Source: an uncultured Actinomycetes bacterium
Lineage (GTDB): Bacteria > Actinomycetota > Thermoleophilia > UBA2241
Direction: 5' to 3'
DNA length: 64,000 nucleotides
NCBI GenBank assembly: GCA_963709345.1
Contig: CAVPVX010000007.1
Coordinates: 96,001-160,000 of the forward strand
Positions 52,385-64,000 of this stretch are shown piece after piece. The position numbers and the translations under genes were made by a program. Below the pieces are notes generated by a model. The model had not been told where the DNA came from. It made no database searches and saw only the letters and a list, made by a program, of their open reading frames with translations. How positions within the stretch are numbered: position 1 is the first letter of the stretch; each line of letters opens with the position of its first letter.

Positions 52385-53620
52385 ATGGCTGGACAACGCA
52401 CACTGGGCATCAACGGGCTAGGCCGCATCGGCAAGCTGACGCTGTGGCACCACCTCGGGCGCGACGACTTCGACCGCTTCGTAGTCAACACCGGCCGGCC
52501 GGTCGGCACCTCACTCGACTCCGTCGTGCAGTACCTCTCAAAGGACACCACCTACGGCGCCCTGCACCGCTTCCTCTTCGGGCGCTCCGCCACCCGCGAC
52601 ATGAGCGTCGTGGACGAGGAGAGGGGCCTCATCAGCGCCTACGGCAAGGAAGTGGTCATCCTGCGCGAGGCGCGCAACCCCAAGGACATCCCGTGGCGCG
52701 AGCACGGCGTGGTGCTGGTCGTTGAGTGCACGGGCTCCTTTGCGGATCCCTACGCTGAGGCGGACGTCGCCAGGGGCGCGCTTCGCGGTCACCTCGCCGC
52801 CGGGGCCTCCGTGGTGGTGCAGAGCTCTCCCTTCAAGAGCCGGCAGCAGGGCGTGCCGCTGCCGGCCGACGCGGGCATGTTCATCCACGGCATCAACGAT
52901 TTCGAGTTCGACCCCGCGAAGCACGCGGTCATCTCGGGCGCGTCCTGCACCACGACGGCCCTGGCTCACATGATGCGCCCCCTGCTCGACCGCGATCTCA
53001 CCAAGGACATGATCACGGCCGGCATGAGCACGATCCACGCGGTCACCAATTCCCAGCCGGTCCTCGACGCGGTGCCCAAGGCGGGCGCCGGCGACATGCG
53101 CAAGAGCCGCGGCGCGCTGGGCAACGTTGTGATCACCGCAACGGGCGCGGCGGCGGCGCTCGAGCATGTCATGCCCGAGATAGCCCGCATCGGCTTCATG
53201 GCCGACTCGGTGCGCATCCCCACCTCCAGCGTCAGCCTCATCATCCTCAACGTCACTTTCCAGAGCGAGGCGCTGCCCGACGGCACCGTTTCGGTGGAGC
53301 GCGAAGCCATCAACGCGATCTACCGAGAGGCGGCCGAAGGCGAAGCGCGCGGCCTGGTCAAGTTCAGCGCCGAGCAGAACGTCTCGGCGGACATGCTCGC
53401 TGAGGACGCCGCCGTCGTCATCGAGGGCGTGGAGACGCACACCCGCACGGGCTTCATGAACCTCAAGGTGCCGCAGTGCGGCGAGGGCGCGGCCGCGACT
53501 CCCGAGACGGTGCGCATCCCGCTGACCCACGTCAAGATCTTCGGCTGGTACGACAACGAGATGGGGAGCTACACCTACCGGCTCGGGCAGCTGACGCTCC
53601 GGGCCGCGCGCAACCTGTAG
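52385..53620 (+). CDS. Atypical GAPDH-family dehydrogenase (411 aa), probably NADP-type
   Basis: GINGLGRIGK, ECTG, ASCTTT, IHAVTNSQ, TGAA, RIPT, WYDNE; Asp32 position replaced (VNTGR); insertions; RBS AGGAGG. Confidence 0.85.
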   Translation: MAGQRTLGINGLGRIGKLTLWHHLGRDDFDRFVVNTGRPVGTSLDSVVQYLSKDTTYGALHRFLFGRSATRDMSVVDEERGLISAYGKEVVILREARNPKDIPWREHGVVLVVECTGSFADPYAEADVARGALRGHLAAGASVVVQSSPFKSRQQGVPLPADAGMFIHGINDFEFDPAKHAVISGASCTTTALAHMMRPLLDRDLTKDMITAGMSTIHAVTNSQPVLDAVPKAGAGDMRKSRGALGNVVITATGAAAALEHVMPEIARIGFMADSVRIPTSSVSLIILNVTFQSEALPDGTVSVEREAINAIYREAAEGEARGLVKFSAEQNVSADMLAEDAAVVIEGVETHTRTGFMNLKVPQCGEGAAATPETVRIPLTHVKIFGWYDNEMGSYTYRLGQLTLRAARNL

Positions 53621-53661
53621 CTCGCGGCCCTCGTCACGGCCGCCTTCGGGCCGCCGGGCCC

Positions 53662-54588
53662 TCAGCCGTCGAGCTCGGCGGCGAGCGCGACGAGCCGCCG
53701 CAGACGGTGGTTCACCGCCGAGCGATTGAGCGGCGGGTCCGCGGCGGCGGCCAGCTCCTGCAAGCTCAGATACGGGAACTCGAGCCGCAACTCGGCGACC
53801 TCGCGAAGAGGGTCCGGCAGGCCGTCCCACTCGGCCGACGCCATGAGCGCGCGGACTGCGGCCGCCTGGCGCTCCCCGGCCGCCGCGGCCCGGCTCGCGT
53901 TCGCGGCGTCACAGTTGGCCAGCCGGTTGGCGCTCTCGCGCACCGACCCCAGCACGGCGTGCTCTTCCCAGCTCAGCCGCGCGTCATGCGCGCCGAGCAC
54001 GGCGAGGAGGTCGGCGGCGGTCTGGCCGCGCTTGGTGTAGCAGGCGACGTTACGCTCCCGGCTGGCGAGCGCGAAGCTCAGGTCGAGGCGTCCGAGCAGG
54101 CGCCGCACCTGTGCCGCCAGGTCCGCGTCCTCGACCGTGAACTCGGCGTGCACGGGAGCTCCCGGCGCCGATATCGAGCCACAGCCGAGAAACAGACCGC
54201 GCACAAAGGCCACCAGGCAGCAACGTCGCTCGACGAGCCGCCGTGGTACCGTCATCTGCACGGCCAGCCCGTCGGACAGCACCCCGAGCTCGTTGAGCGC
54301 CTGCAGGTCGCGACCCTCGTCGCCGAGCAGCACCTCGTACCGCAGGCCGACCGGGGCTCGCTCCACGGTCCGCAGCGTCGCGTCGACGTCCAGAGGCTTC
54401 AACAGGCCGAGCACGTGCCGCGCCACCGCGGGATGAGCCACCGACACGCGCACGCTGTAGTGGCCGCCGGCGCCGATCGCGAACGTCCCGGCGCCGAAGA
54501 GCACGCCCGAGAGCTGCGCGCGGCGACAGTGATCGGCCGCGGGGAAGACCGTGCCCAGCTCGAGCTTGACGTCCCGCGTGAAGCCCAT
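53662..54588 (-). CDS. whiA: DNA-binding protein WhiA
   Basis: AFVRGLFLGCGSI, NRLANCDAAN, SLQELA, VNHRLRRL. Confidence 0.93.
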   Translation of the reverse strand: MGFTRDVKLELGTVFPAADHCRRAQLSGVLFGAGTFAIGAGGHYSVRVSVAHPAVARHVLGLLKPLDVDATLRTVERAPVGLRYEVLLGDEGRDLQALNELGVLSDGLAVQMTVPRRLVERRCCLVAFVRGLFLGCGSISAPGAPVHAEFTVEDADLAAQVRRLLGRLDLSFALASRERNVACYTKRGQTAADLLAVLGAHDARLSWEEHAVLGSVRESANRLANCDAANASRAAAAGERQAAAVRALMASAEWDGLPDPLREVAELRLEFPYLSLQELAAAADPPLNRSAVNHRLRRLVALAAELDG

Positions 54589-54596
54589 CGCCCGGC

Positions 54597-55847
54597 CTAC
54601 CTCACGAGTCGGAGCAGCGCGCCGGCGAGGCGCTCGGAGTCGTGGCGCACGACACCGCTCTCGGTGGTGACCGCCGCCCGGACGACCTTCACGCCCAGTG
54701 ACCTGAGACGCGCCTCGTCGACCACCACCGGCCGGGCGCCGTAGCGCTCGTAGATCGCCGCCACCGCGTCCGAGACCGGGGCCTCGTTCACGAGAACGGC
54801 GTCGACGAGCCCGGTCAGGCCGTGACGATGAAGGACCTCGAGGTGATCGGCGGCAGTGTACCCGTCGGTCTCCCCCGGCTCGGTCATGACGTTGCAGACG
54901 TACACGACCCAGGCCCGGGTGTCGCGGATCGCCGCATGCACTTCGGGCACCAGCAGGTTCGGGGTGACGCTCGTGTAGAGACTCCCCGGCCCCAGCACCA
55001 CGAGATCGGCGCCCGCCAGCGCGGAGAGCGCCTGCGGCATGGCGCGCGGGGCCTCCGGCGTGAGCCACACGCGTCGCGGCAGCCGCTCCGCCGCCGTGAT
55101 CGTGCTCTCGCCGCTGACCTCCCCGCCGTCCTCGAGCTGCGCGTGCAGCGTGACGTCCTCGAGGGTCGACGGCAGGACCCGGCCGCGCACCTTGAGCACG
55201 TGCGTCGACTCCTGCACGGCCAGCTCGAAGTCGCCGGTCACCTCGGAGAGGGCAGCCATGAACAGGTTGCCGAAGCTATGCCCCTGGAGCCCGCCTTCCT
55301 CGGGAAAGCGATACTGGAAGAGGCGGCTCATCATCGACTCGTCGTCGGCGAGAGCGACGAGGCAGTTCCGCAGGTCGCCGGGCGGAGGCATGCCCATCTC
55401 GCGACGCAGCCGCCCGGAACTGCCGCCGTCATCCGCCATGGTGACCACGGCGGTCAGATTGCTGGTCTGGGTCTTGAGGCCGCGCAGAAGGGCGGCGAGA
55501 CCGTTGCCGCCACCGACCGCGACCACGCGCGGCCCTCGCGCGAGGCGGGCGGCCGTGCGGATCTCGCTCGCCGTCTCCGGGGTCGTGCGCTGGAACAGCC
55601 AGAGCCGCTGGGCGCCCACACCGAGGGCCAGGAGCCCGACCGCCATGCCGTCGACGGCAAGAACGAGAGCGGCCGCGCGGCGCTTCTCGAGCCACCCCAT
55701 TCCGAGGCCCCCCTGGAGTTGCGGCGACCAGAGAACGCCCACCGCGAAGAGCACCGAGTAGACAAGCAGGACGCCGCCCGCGAAGGCGAACAGAAACCAG
55801 CGCTTGATGCCCAGCCCGGGAACGAGCCACTCGAGAGAGCGCCGCAT
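54597..55847 (-). CDS. yvcK: YvcK/GlmR (CofD-like) UDP-GlcNAc-binding protein with N-terminal TM helices
   Basis: GGGNGL, DDGGSSGRLR, PPGDLRN, GHSFGNL, GPGSLYTS. Confidence 0.92.
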   Translation of the reverse strand: MRRSLEWLVPGLGIKRWFLFAFAGGVLLVYSVLFAVGVLWSPQLQGGLGMGWLEKRRAAALVLAVDGMAVGLLALGVGAQRLWLFQRTTPETASEIRTAARLARGPRVVAVGGGNGLAALLRGLKTQTSNLTAVVTMADDGGSSGRLRREMGMPPPGDLRNCLVALADDESMMSRLFQYRFPEEGGLQGHSFGNLFMAALSEVTGDFELAVQESTHVLKVRGRVLPSTLEDVTLHAQLEDGGEVSGESTITAAERLPRRVWLTPEAPRAMPQALSALAGADLVVLGPGSLYTSVTPNLLVPEVHAAIRDTRAWVVYVCNVMTEPGETDGYTAADHLEVLHRHGLTGLVDAVLVNEAPVSDAVAAIYERYGARPVVVDEARLRSLGVKVVRAAVTTESGVVRHDSERLAGALLRLVR

Positions 55848-55864
55848 GTGTCAGCCCGCCCCGG

Positions 55865-56734
55865 TCAGTCTCTCGTCAGGTCCCGATGGCGGACGACCGT
55901 GTAGTAGCCCTGCTTCTCGTAGCGTTCCCCGAGAAGCTGCGCGATGGCGACGGAGCGGTGGCGCCCGCCGGTGCACCCCACGCCGATGGTGAGGTGGGCC
56001 TTGCCCTCGGCCGCGTAGCGGGGGAACAGGAAGTCGAGCAGCGGGAACAGGCGCTCGAGGTACTCGCTCGTGCCGGGTGACTCGAGGACGAAGTCGCGGA
56101 CCTCGGCGTCGAGACCGGTCAGCGTGCGCAGGCGCAGGTCGTAGTGCGGGTTGGGCAGGAAGCGCACGTCGAAGAGCAGGTCGGCGTCGATCGGGATGCC
56201 GTACTTGAAGCCGAACGAGACGACGGCGAAGACGATGTTGGTGCGGCGCGTGTGCTGGATCAGATCCTCGTTGAGGCGCGCCTTGAGCTGATGGATCGAG
56301 ATGTCGCTGGTGTCGATCACCAGGGTGGCGCGCTCGCGCAGCCCGGCCAGCTGCAGGCGCTCCTCGCGAATGCCGTCGATGACGGTGCCGCCGGCCGCCA
56401 GCGGATGGCGGCGGCGCGTCTCCTTGAAGCGGCGCACGAGCGCCTCGTTCGATGCCTCGAGGAAGACGAGCGTGTACTCCACGCCGCGCTCGTGCAGCTC
56501 GTCGAGCAGCTGCTCGAGGCGGCCGAAGTACTCCCCGCCGCGCACGTCGCTGACGACGGCGACTCGGTCGACTTTGCTGCCCTCGCGGCGGAACAGGTCG
56601 ACCAGCGTCGGCACCAGCTCCGGCGGCAGGTTGTCGACGCAGAACCAGCCGGCATCCTCGAACGAGTCCATGGCCTGCGACTTGCCGGCCCCGGACAGCC
56701 CCGTGATGATCACGAACTGCAGCGCCTCGGTCAC
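55865..56734 (-). CDS. rapZ: RNase adapter RapZ/YvcJ
   Basis: TGLSGAGKS, VDNLP, ETRRRHPL, SFGFKYG, DVRFLPNP, GCTGGRHRSV. Confidence 0.95.
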   Translation of the reverse strand: MTEALQFVIITGLSGAGKSQAMDSFEDAGWFCVDNLPPELVPTLVDLFRREGSKVDRVAVVSDVRGGEYFGRLEQLLDELHERGVEYTLVFLEASNEALVRRFKETRRRHPLAAGGTVIDGIREERLQLAGLRERATLVIDTSDISIHQLKARLNEDLIQHTRRTNIVFAVVSFGFKYGIPIDADLLFDVRFLPNPHYDLRLRTLTGLDAEVRDFVLESPGTSEYLERLFPLLDFLFPRYAAEGKAHLTIGVGCTGGRHRSVAIAQLLGERYEKQGYYTVVRHRDLTRD

Positions 56735-57267
56735 GCGACCCTCCCCCCGCTCACGCGCACTCCCTCGAGCCCCAGGAGGCGCTCCTTCCAGGCCGGATCG
56801 TCGCCGTAGAAGCCGAGCCGGCCGTCGTTCTTGATCACCCGGTGGCAGGCAAGGATGACCGGCAGCTGATTGCGAGCCATGACCGACCCTACGGCCCGGT
56901 ACGCCTGCGGTCGACCCGCGGCCGCGGCCAGGTCCCGATAACTCACCACGGTGCCGTAGGACACCCTCGCGAGCGCCGCGTACACATCGCGCTCGAAGCC
57001 GGTGAGGCCATGAGCGCACGCGTAGGCGTCGATGTCGAGGTCGAAGGCCACCGGCTCTCCGGCGAAGTAGCGCTCCAGCGCCGTCGCCCAGCGGCTCTTC
57101 CGAGACGGCCGCGCCGGCGCCTCGACCCGTGCGTCGGGAAGGTCCACCTCGAGCGGCAGGTCGCCGGCGCGCAGCAGCCGACCGATACCGGCGTCGCAGA
57201 AGAAGGGCTCCTCGGTGACCGGGCCGAGGCCAGAGCACGGATCAGCCCGTCTTATGGAGGTGTGCAT
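56731..57267 (-). CDS. ogt: Methylated-DNA--protein-cysteine methyltransferase (start uncertain)
   Basis: YGTVVSY.DLA...RAVG...N...CHRV. Confidence 0.8.
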   Translation of the reverse strand: MHTSIRRADPCSGLGPVTEEPFFCDAGIGRLLRAGDLPLEVDLPDARVEAPARPSRKSRWATALERYFAGEPVAFDLDIDAYACAHGLTGFERDVYAALARVSYGTVVSYRDLAAAAGRPQAYRAVGSVMARNQLPVILACHRVIKNDGRLGFYGDDPAWKERLLGLEGVRVSGGRVA

Positions 57268-59105
57268 AGATCTCCCTCGCCACCTTGCGCGGCAGCCCCG
57301 GAACGCGCTCGATCTCTTCCCGGCCGGCGCTGAGAAAGCGTTCGGGGCTGCCGAAGTGCTCCAGGATGCGCCGCCGGCGCACGGGGCCGACCTGCGGGAG
57401 CTCGTCGAAGATCGACGAGCGGCGCAGGTCGGCGTCACGCCGCTGCCTATGGTACGTCACCGCGAACCGGTGTGCCTCGTCGCGGATGCGCTGCAGCAGC
57501 AGCGAGCCCGGGTCGTCGGCCGCCAGCGGCAGCGGGTCGCGCCGCCCCGGCACGAACACCTGTTCGCGCTGCTTCGCCAGGCCGACGACGTCGAGGTCGA
57601 TGCCGCAGTCACGCAGAGCCGCGACCGCCGCGGAGAGCTGGCCTTTGCCACCGTCGACGACGACCAGGTCCGGCAGCGTGGCGAAGCTCTCGTCGAAGGC
57701 GCGGTCCGTGTCACCGCGGCGCTCGAAGCGCCGCCGCAGCACCTGGTTCATCATCGCGAAGTCGTCCTGGCCGGCGACGTCGCGCACGGCGAACTTCCGG
57801 TAGTGCGCCTTCTTCGGCACACCGCCCTCGAACACGACCATGGAGCCGACAGGGTGCTGCTCGCCGAGGTTGGAGATGTCGTAGCACTCGATGCGCAGCG
57901 GCAGCCGCTCGAGCGCCAACCCGTCGCGCAGGCGCTCGAGCGCCTCGATGCGCGCCGAGGAGCGCCGAGCGAGACGCTCCGACTCGGCCTCCGCCGCGAG
58001 CTCCGCATTGTGCTGTGCAAGCTCCAGGAGGCGCCGCTTGGGACCGCGCCGGGCAACGTGCGCCACGACCTTCGCGCCCCGGCGCTCCGTGAGGAGCGCG
58101 CTCAAGCCGGCTGCATCCTCGAGCGGCGCCACGACCTCCGCCGGGATCACGGCGCCCTCCCAGTAGAACTCGAGCAGGAACTCCTCCACCACATCGGTGG
58201 TCTCGCGCCCGGCCGCGTTCTCGAGATAGAAGGCCTGGCGGTCGACCACAGCGCCGTTGCGCACGCGGAAGACCTGGACGTTGGCGCCCGGCTCCGCCTG
58301 CGACAGGCCGACCACGTCGAAGGCCTCGCGCTCGTCGACCCGGGCGGTCTGGCGCTCATGCACGTGCCGGACGGCGGCGAGGCGGTCGCGAAGCAGCGCC
58401 GCCTTCTCGAACTCCTGAGCCGCGGCCGCCCCGGCCATCTCGCGCTCGATCTCGCGCTCGACTGCGCCGAGGCGGCCGCGGAGAAAGTCGATCGCCTGCT
58501 GCACGGCAGCCATGTACTCCTCGCGCGTCACGCGCCCGTCGCACGGCGCCAGCGAGCGCTTGATGAAGTACTGCAGACACGGCGACCCGCTGGGGCGACC
58601 CGGCTTCTCGCCGCGGCACTTGCGGTACGGGAAGATCCTGCCGATGAGCTCGAGCGTGTCACGTACCTTACGGGCGCTCGAGAAGGGGCCGAAGTAGAGG
58701 TTGCCGGGCACGCGGCGCCCACGGAAGAAGCGCACGCGCGGCCACTCGTCGTTCATGGTGATCTCGATGGACGGGTAGCTCTTGTCGTCGCGCAGACGCA
58801 GATTGTACGGGGGGCGCTCCTCCTTGATGAAGTTGTCCTCCAGGAGGAGCGCCTCGCCCTCGGTCGCCGTCACCACCCAGTCGATATCCGCAGCCTGCGC
58901 GAGCATCTCCCCGGTACGCCCGTGAGGCTGCGCCGCCGGGCGCAGGTAGCTCGCGACGCGCTTGCGCAGCGCTTTCGCCTTGCCGACGTACAGCACGGTC
59001 TCGCCGGCATCGAGGAAGCGGTAGACGCCGGGCTCGTTGGGGATACGCGGCAGGATCGCACGCAGCCTCTCGATGGGCTTGCTCGGAGGAGGATGACGGG
59101 CTCAT
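57242..59105 (-). CDS. uvrC: Excinuclease ABC subunit C (one extra base near 59075; probably leaderless)
   Basis: [52 protein letters not shown]; TACAAT 8 nt before ATG 59105. Confidence 0.95.
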
Positions 59106-59453
59106 CGCCGACGATTGTACCCGCTGTGCCGGCGGCGCGACTCCGGCAGGCGCAGCCGCCCCGCACGGGCGCCGCAAGGCCATGACGGCCCGCAGCGAAC
59201 ACCTTCTTGATCTCCTTCGGGCCGGCCGCGGCGAACAGGCGCTGGAACAATGCCGGGTCGCAGGGCACGGCCAGCGCCGTGTACGGCAGCGAGTTGGCGA
59301 AGAAGGCCGAGCTCCCCTCGTGGAACGCGACCTCGGACGTGCCGAACAACGTGTCGAGGCCGTAGAAGCCGGATCCGAACCGATGTGCCACCCCCCGGGG
59401 CCACACATCGCGTGACCCTCAAGAAGAGACCCCGCCGCGCAGGGCCCACCCTT

Positions 59454-62343
<2,890 letters not shown>

Positions 62344-62473
62344 GCGCTGGCGTGACTCCAGTGGAGAGAGGACACCGATCCCGACCGTCTATTGTATCCG
62401 CTGCAGCCGACAGACGTGATGCGACGCGCCCCGGGGCCGCGTCGCGGATGGAGCGCCGCCTCTCATGCTCACC

Positions 62474-64000
62474 TCACGGGGTGAAGGCGAAGCCCTGCTC
62501 CTCCACAAGCCTCACACACACCGCGACGACGGCCGCGTCGTACTTGACTCCGGCGTGGTCGCGGACCTCGCTCAGCGCGGCCTCCATCCCGAGTGCCGCA
62601 CGATAGGGCCGGTGAGACGACATCGCCTCCACGACGTCGGCAACGGCGAGGATGCGCGCCTCGAGGAGGATCTCTTCCCCGGTCAGCCCCCCAGGGTAGC
62701 CTGACCCGTCGAGGCGTTCGTGGTGCTGCAGCACCATCTCGGCCACCGGGTGGCCGAAGTCGATGGGCGCAAGGATGTCGTATCCCGACGTCGGATGCTG
62801 TTTGATGAGGTTGAACTCGACAGCGCTGAGCCGGCCGGGCTTGGCAAGGATCTCGGCCGGCACGGCGATCTTGCCGATGTCGTGGATGAGCCCGGCGAGC
62901 CGCAGGGCCCCGAGATTGTCGGCCTCGACGCCCATGTCCTCCCCGATGGCCATCGCCAGCTCGGCGACGCGGCGTTCGTGCCCGGCCGTGTAGGGGTCGC
63001 GGGTCTCCACCACCTGGCTCATGGCCTGCACCGCGCCTTCAACGGTACGCCGAAGCTGGGCTGCCTGCCGGCGTACCTCGTCCTGCGCCTCCACCTGCTC
63101 GGTCACATCGATCGAGATGCCACCGACCAGCGGCGGCTTGCCTTCGCGCGGGATCGGAAAGTAGATGGAATGCACGAACTCGTGCACCCCGGCGGGCGTC
63201 CAGCTCACGATGGTGTCGACCGACTCTCCACCCAGACTGCGCCGGACCCGATCCTCTTCTTCCTTTCCCGGGTCGCCACCCCACACCTGCGACGGTGTGC
63301 AGCCGAGCCACTCTCGCCGCAGCCACTCGCCGTCGGCTTTGTCCGGCCGATTGGCGTAGACGTACCGGAGTTGCTCGTCCTGCATGAACAGGTAGCCGGG
63401 GAAGTGATCGGCGAACTGCTCGAAGCGCTCCTCGCTCTCGCGCAGCGCATCCTCGCTCCTCTTGTGCTCCGTGATGTCCATGTAGGCACCGAGCACACCG
63501 TCGATCTCGCCGCCGAGATCGAGGAGGGGCAACTTGCTCGTCAGCAGAGTGATGGTGTCACCTTCCGGCGTTGTCTGAGGTTCCTCGATGAGTCCAGTCG
63601 ATCGGCCGCTCTCGATGACCCGGCGATCGTCGGCTCGATACAGATCGGCCTGATCCCTCCACCCCATCTGGTAGTCGTCTTTGCCGACAACGTCTGCTGG
63701 GTCGGAGAACCCCGCATCGCGCGCAAAGACCGCGTTGCAGCCCACGTAGACGAGATCCCTGTCCTTCCAGAAGACCCGGACCGGTAGGGCGTTCATGATC
63801 CCTTCAAGAAGCTGCTTTGACGCTTGCAGTTCCTCTTGCGCGTGCTTGCTTTGAGTGATGTCACGCGTGATGCCCTCCACGGCCACGAGATGCCCCTCGT
63901 CGTCGTGCACCGGCACGATGGCACTCTCCATCCAGCGCGTCACACCGTCCTTGCCGATCCACCGCATGAGGATGGGCTCCCGCGGGGGGCTGGGTGGCGA
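62474..64000 (-). CDS. Multi-PAS HD-GYP phosphodiesterase (5' end beyond window)
   Basis: PAS/PAC repeats; RDPYTAGH, HDIGK, HHERLDGSGYP, AVADVVEAM...RPYR. Confidence 0.92.
   Translation of the reverse strand, partial: SPPSPPREPILMRWIGKDGVTRWMESAIVPVHDDEGHLVAVEGITRDITQSKHAQEELQASKQLLEGIMNALPVRVFWKDRDLVYVGCNAVFARDAGFSDPADVVGKDDYQMGWRDQADLYRADDRRVIESGRSTGLIEEPQTTPEGDTITLLTSKLPLLDLGGEIDGVLGAYMDITEHKRSEDALRESEERFEQFADHFPGYLFMQDEQLRYVYANRPDKADGEWLRREWLGCTPSQVWGGDPGKEEEDRVRRSLGGESVDTIVSWTPAGVHEFVHSIYFPIPREGKPPLVGGISIDVTEQVEAQDEVRRQAAQLRRTVEGAVQAMSQVVETRDPYTAGHERRVAELAMAIGEDMGVEADNLGALRLAGLIHDIGKIAVPAEILAKPGRLSAVEFNLIKQHPTSGYDILAPIDFGHPVAEMVLQHHERLDGSGYPGGLTGEEILLEARILAVADVVEAMSSHRPYRAALGMEAALSEVRDHAGVKYDAAVVAVCVRLVEEQGFAFTP

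Overview
Very GC-rich chromosomal window, almost entirely coded on the minus strand. Gene content and order suggest a deep-branching actinobacterium (Thermoleophilia/Rubrobacteria-like; inference). 1-15 kb is a type IVa pilus locus: pilB(MshEN), pilT, pilC, a divergent sigma factor, pilA behind a c-di-GMP-I riboswitch, a PilH/I/G-like ABC module, a second pilin, pilD, four minor pilins and pilMNO. Sigma28/WhiG-type promoter motifs precede several of these units. 15-36 kb is housekeeping: aroE, mltG, ruvX, alaS, a DUF948-YtxH-antisigma-SigB/F unit, iscR-iscS-iscU-mnmA, a Bacillus-type 6S RNA behind aspS, hisS, rel and recJ. 36-48 kb holds a peptide ABC transporter and gap-pgk-tpiA-gpmI-secG. 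A divergent pair is inserted between whiA and gap: a ~1390-aa PPDK-like dikinase that lacks the pyruvate-binding barrel but has a ~900-aa unknown N-terminal region, and an atypical, probably NADP-type GAPDH. This pair is the best candidate for an uncharacterised system. The window ends with rapZ-yvcK-whiA, ogt, uvrC, uvrA and a partial PAS/HD-GYP gene. Many single-base frameshifts in otherwise intact genes suggest long-read assembly errors. No rRNA, tRNA, CRISPR array or mobile element was recognised. All calls are by eye; no searches were run.
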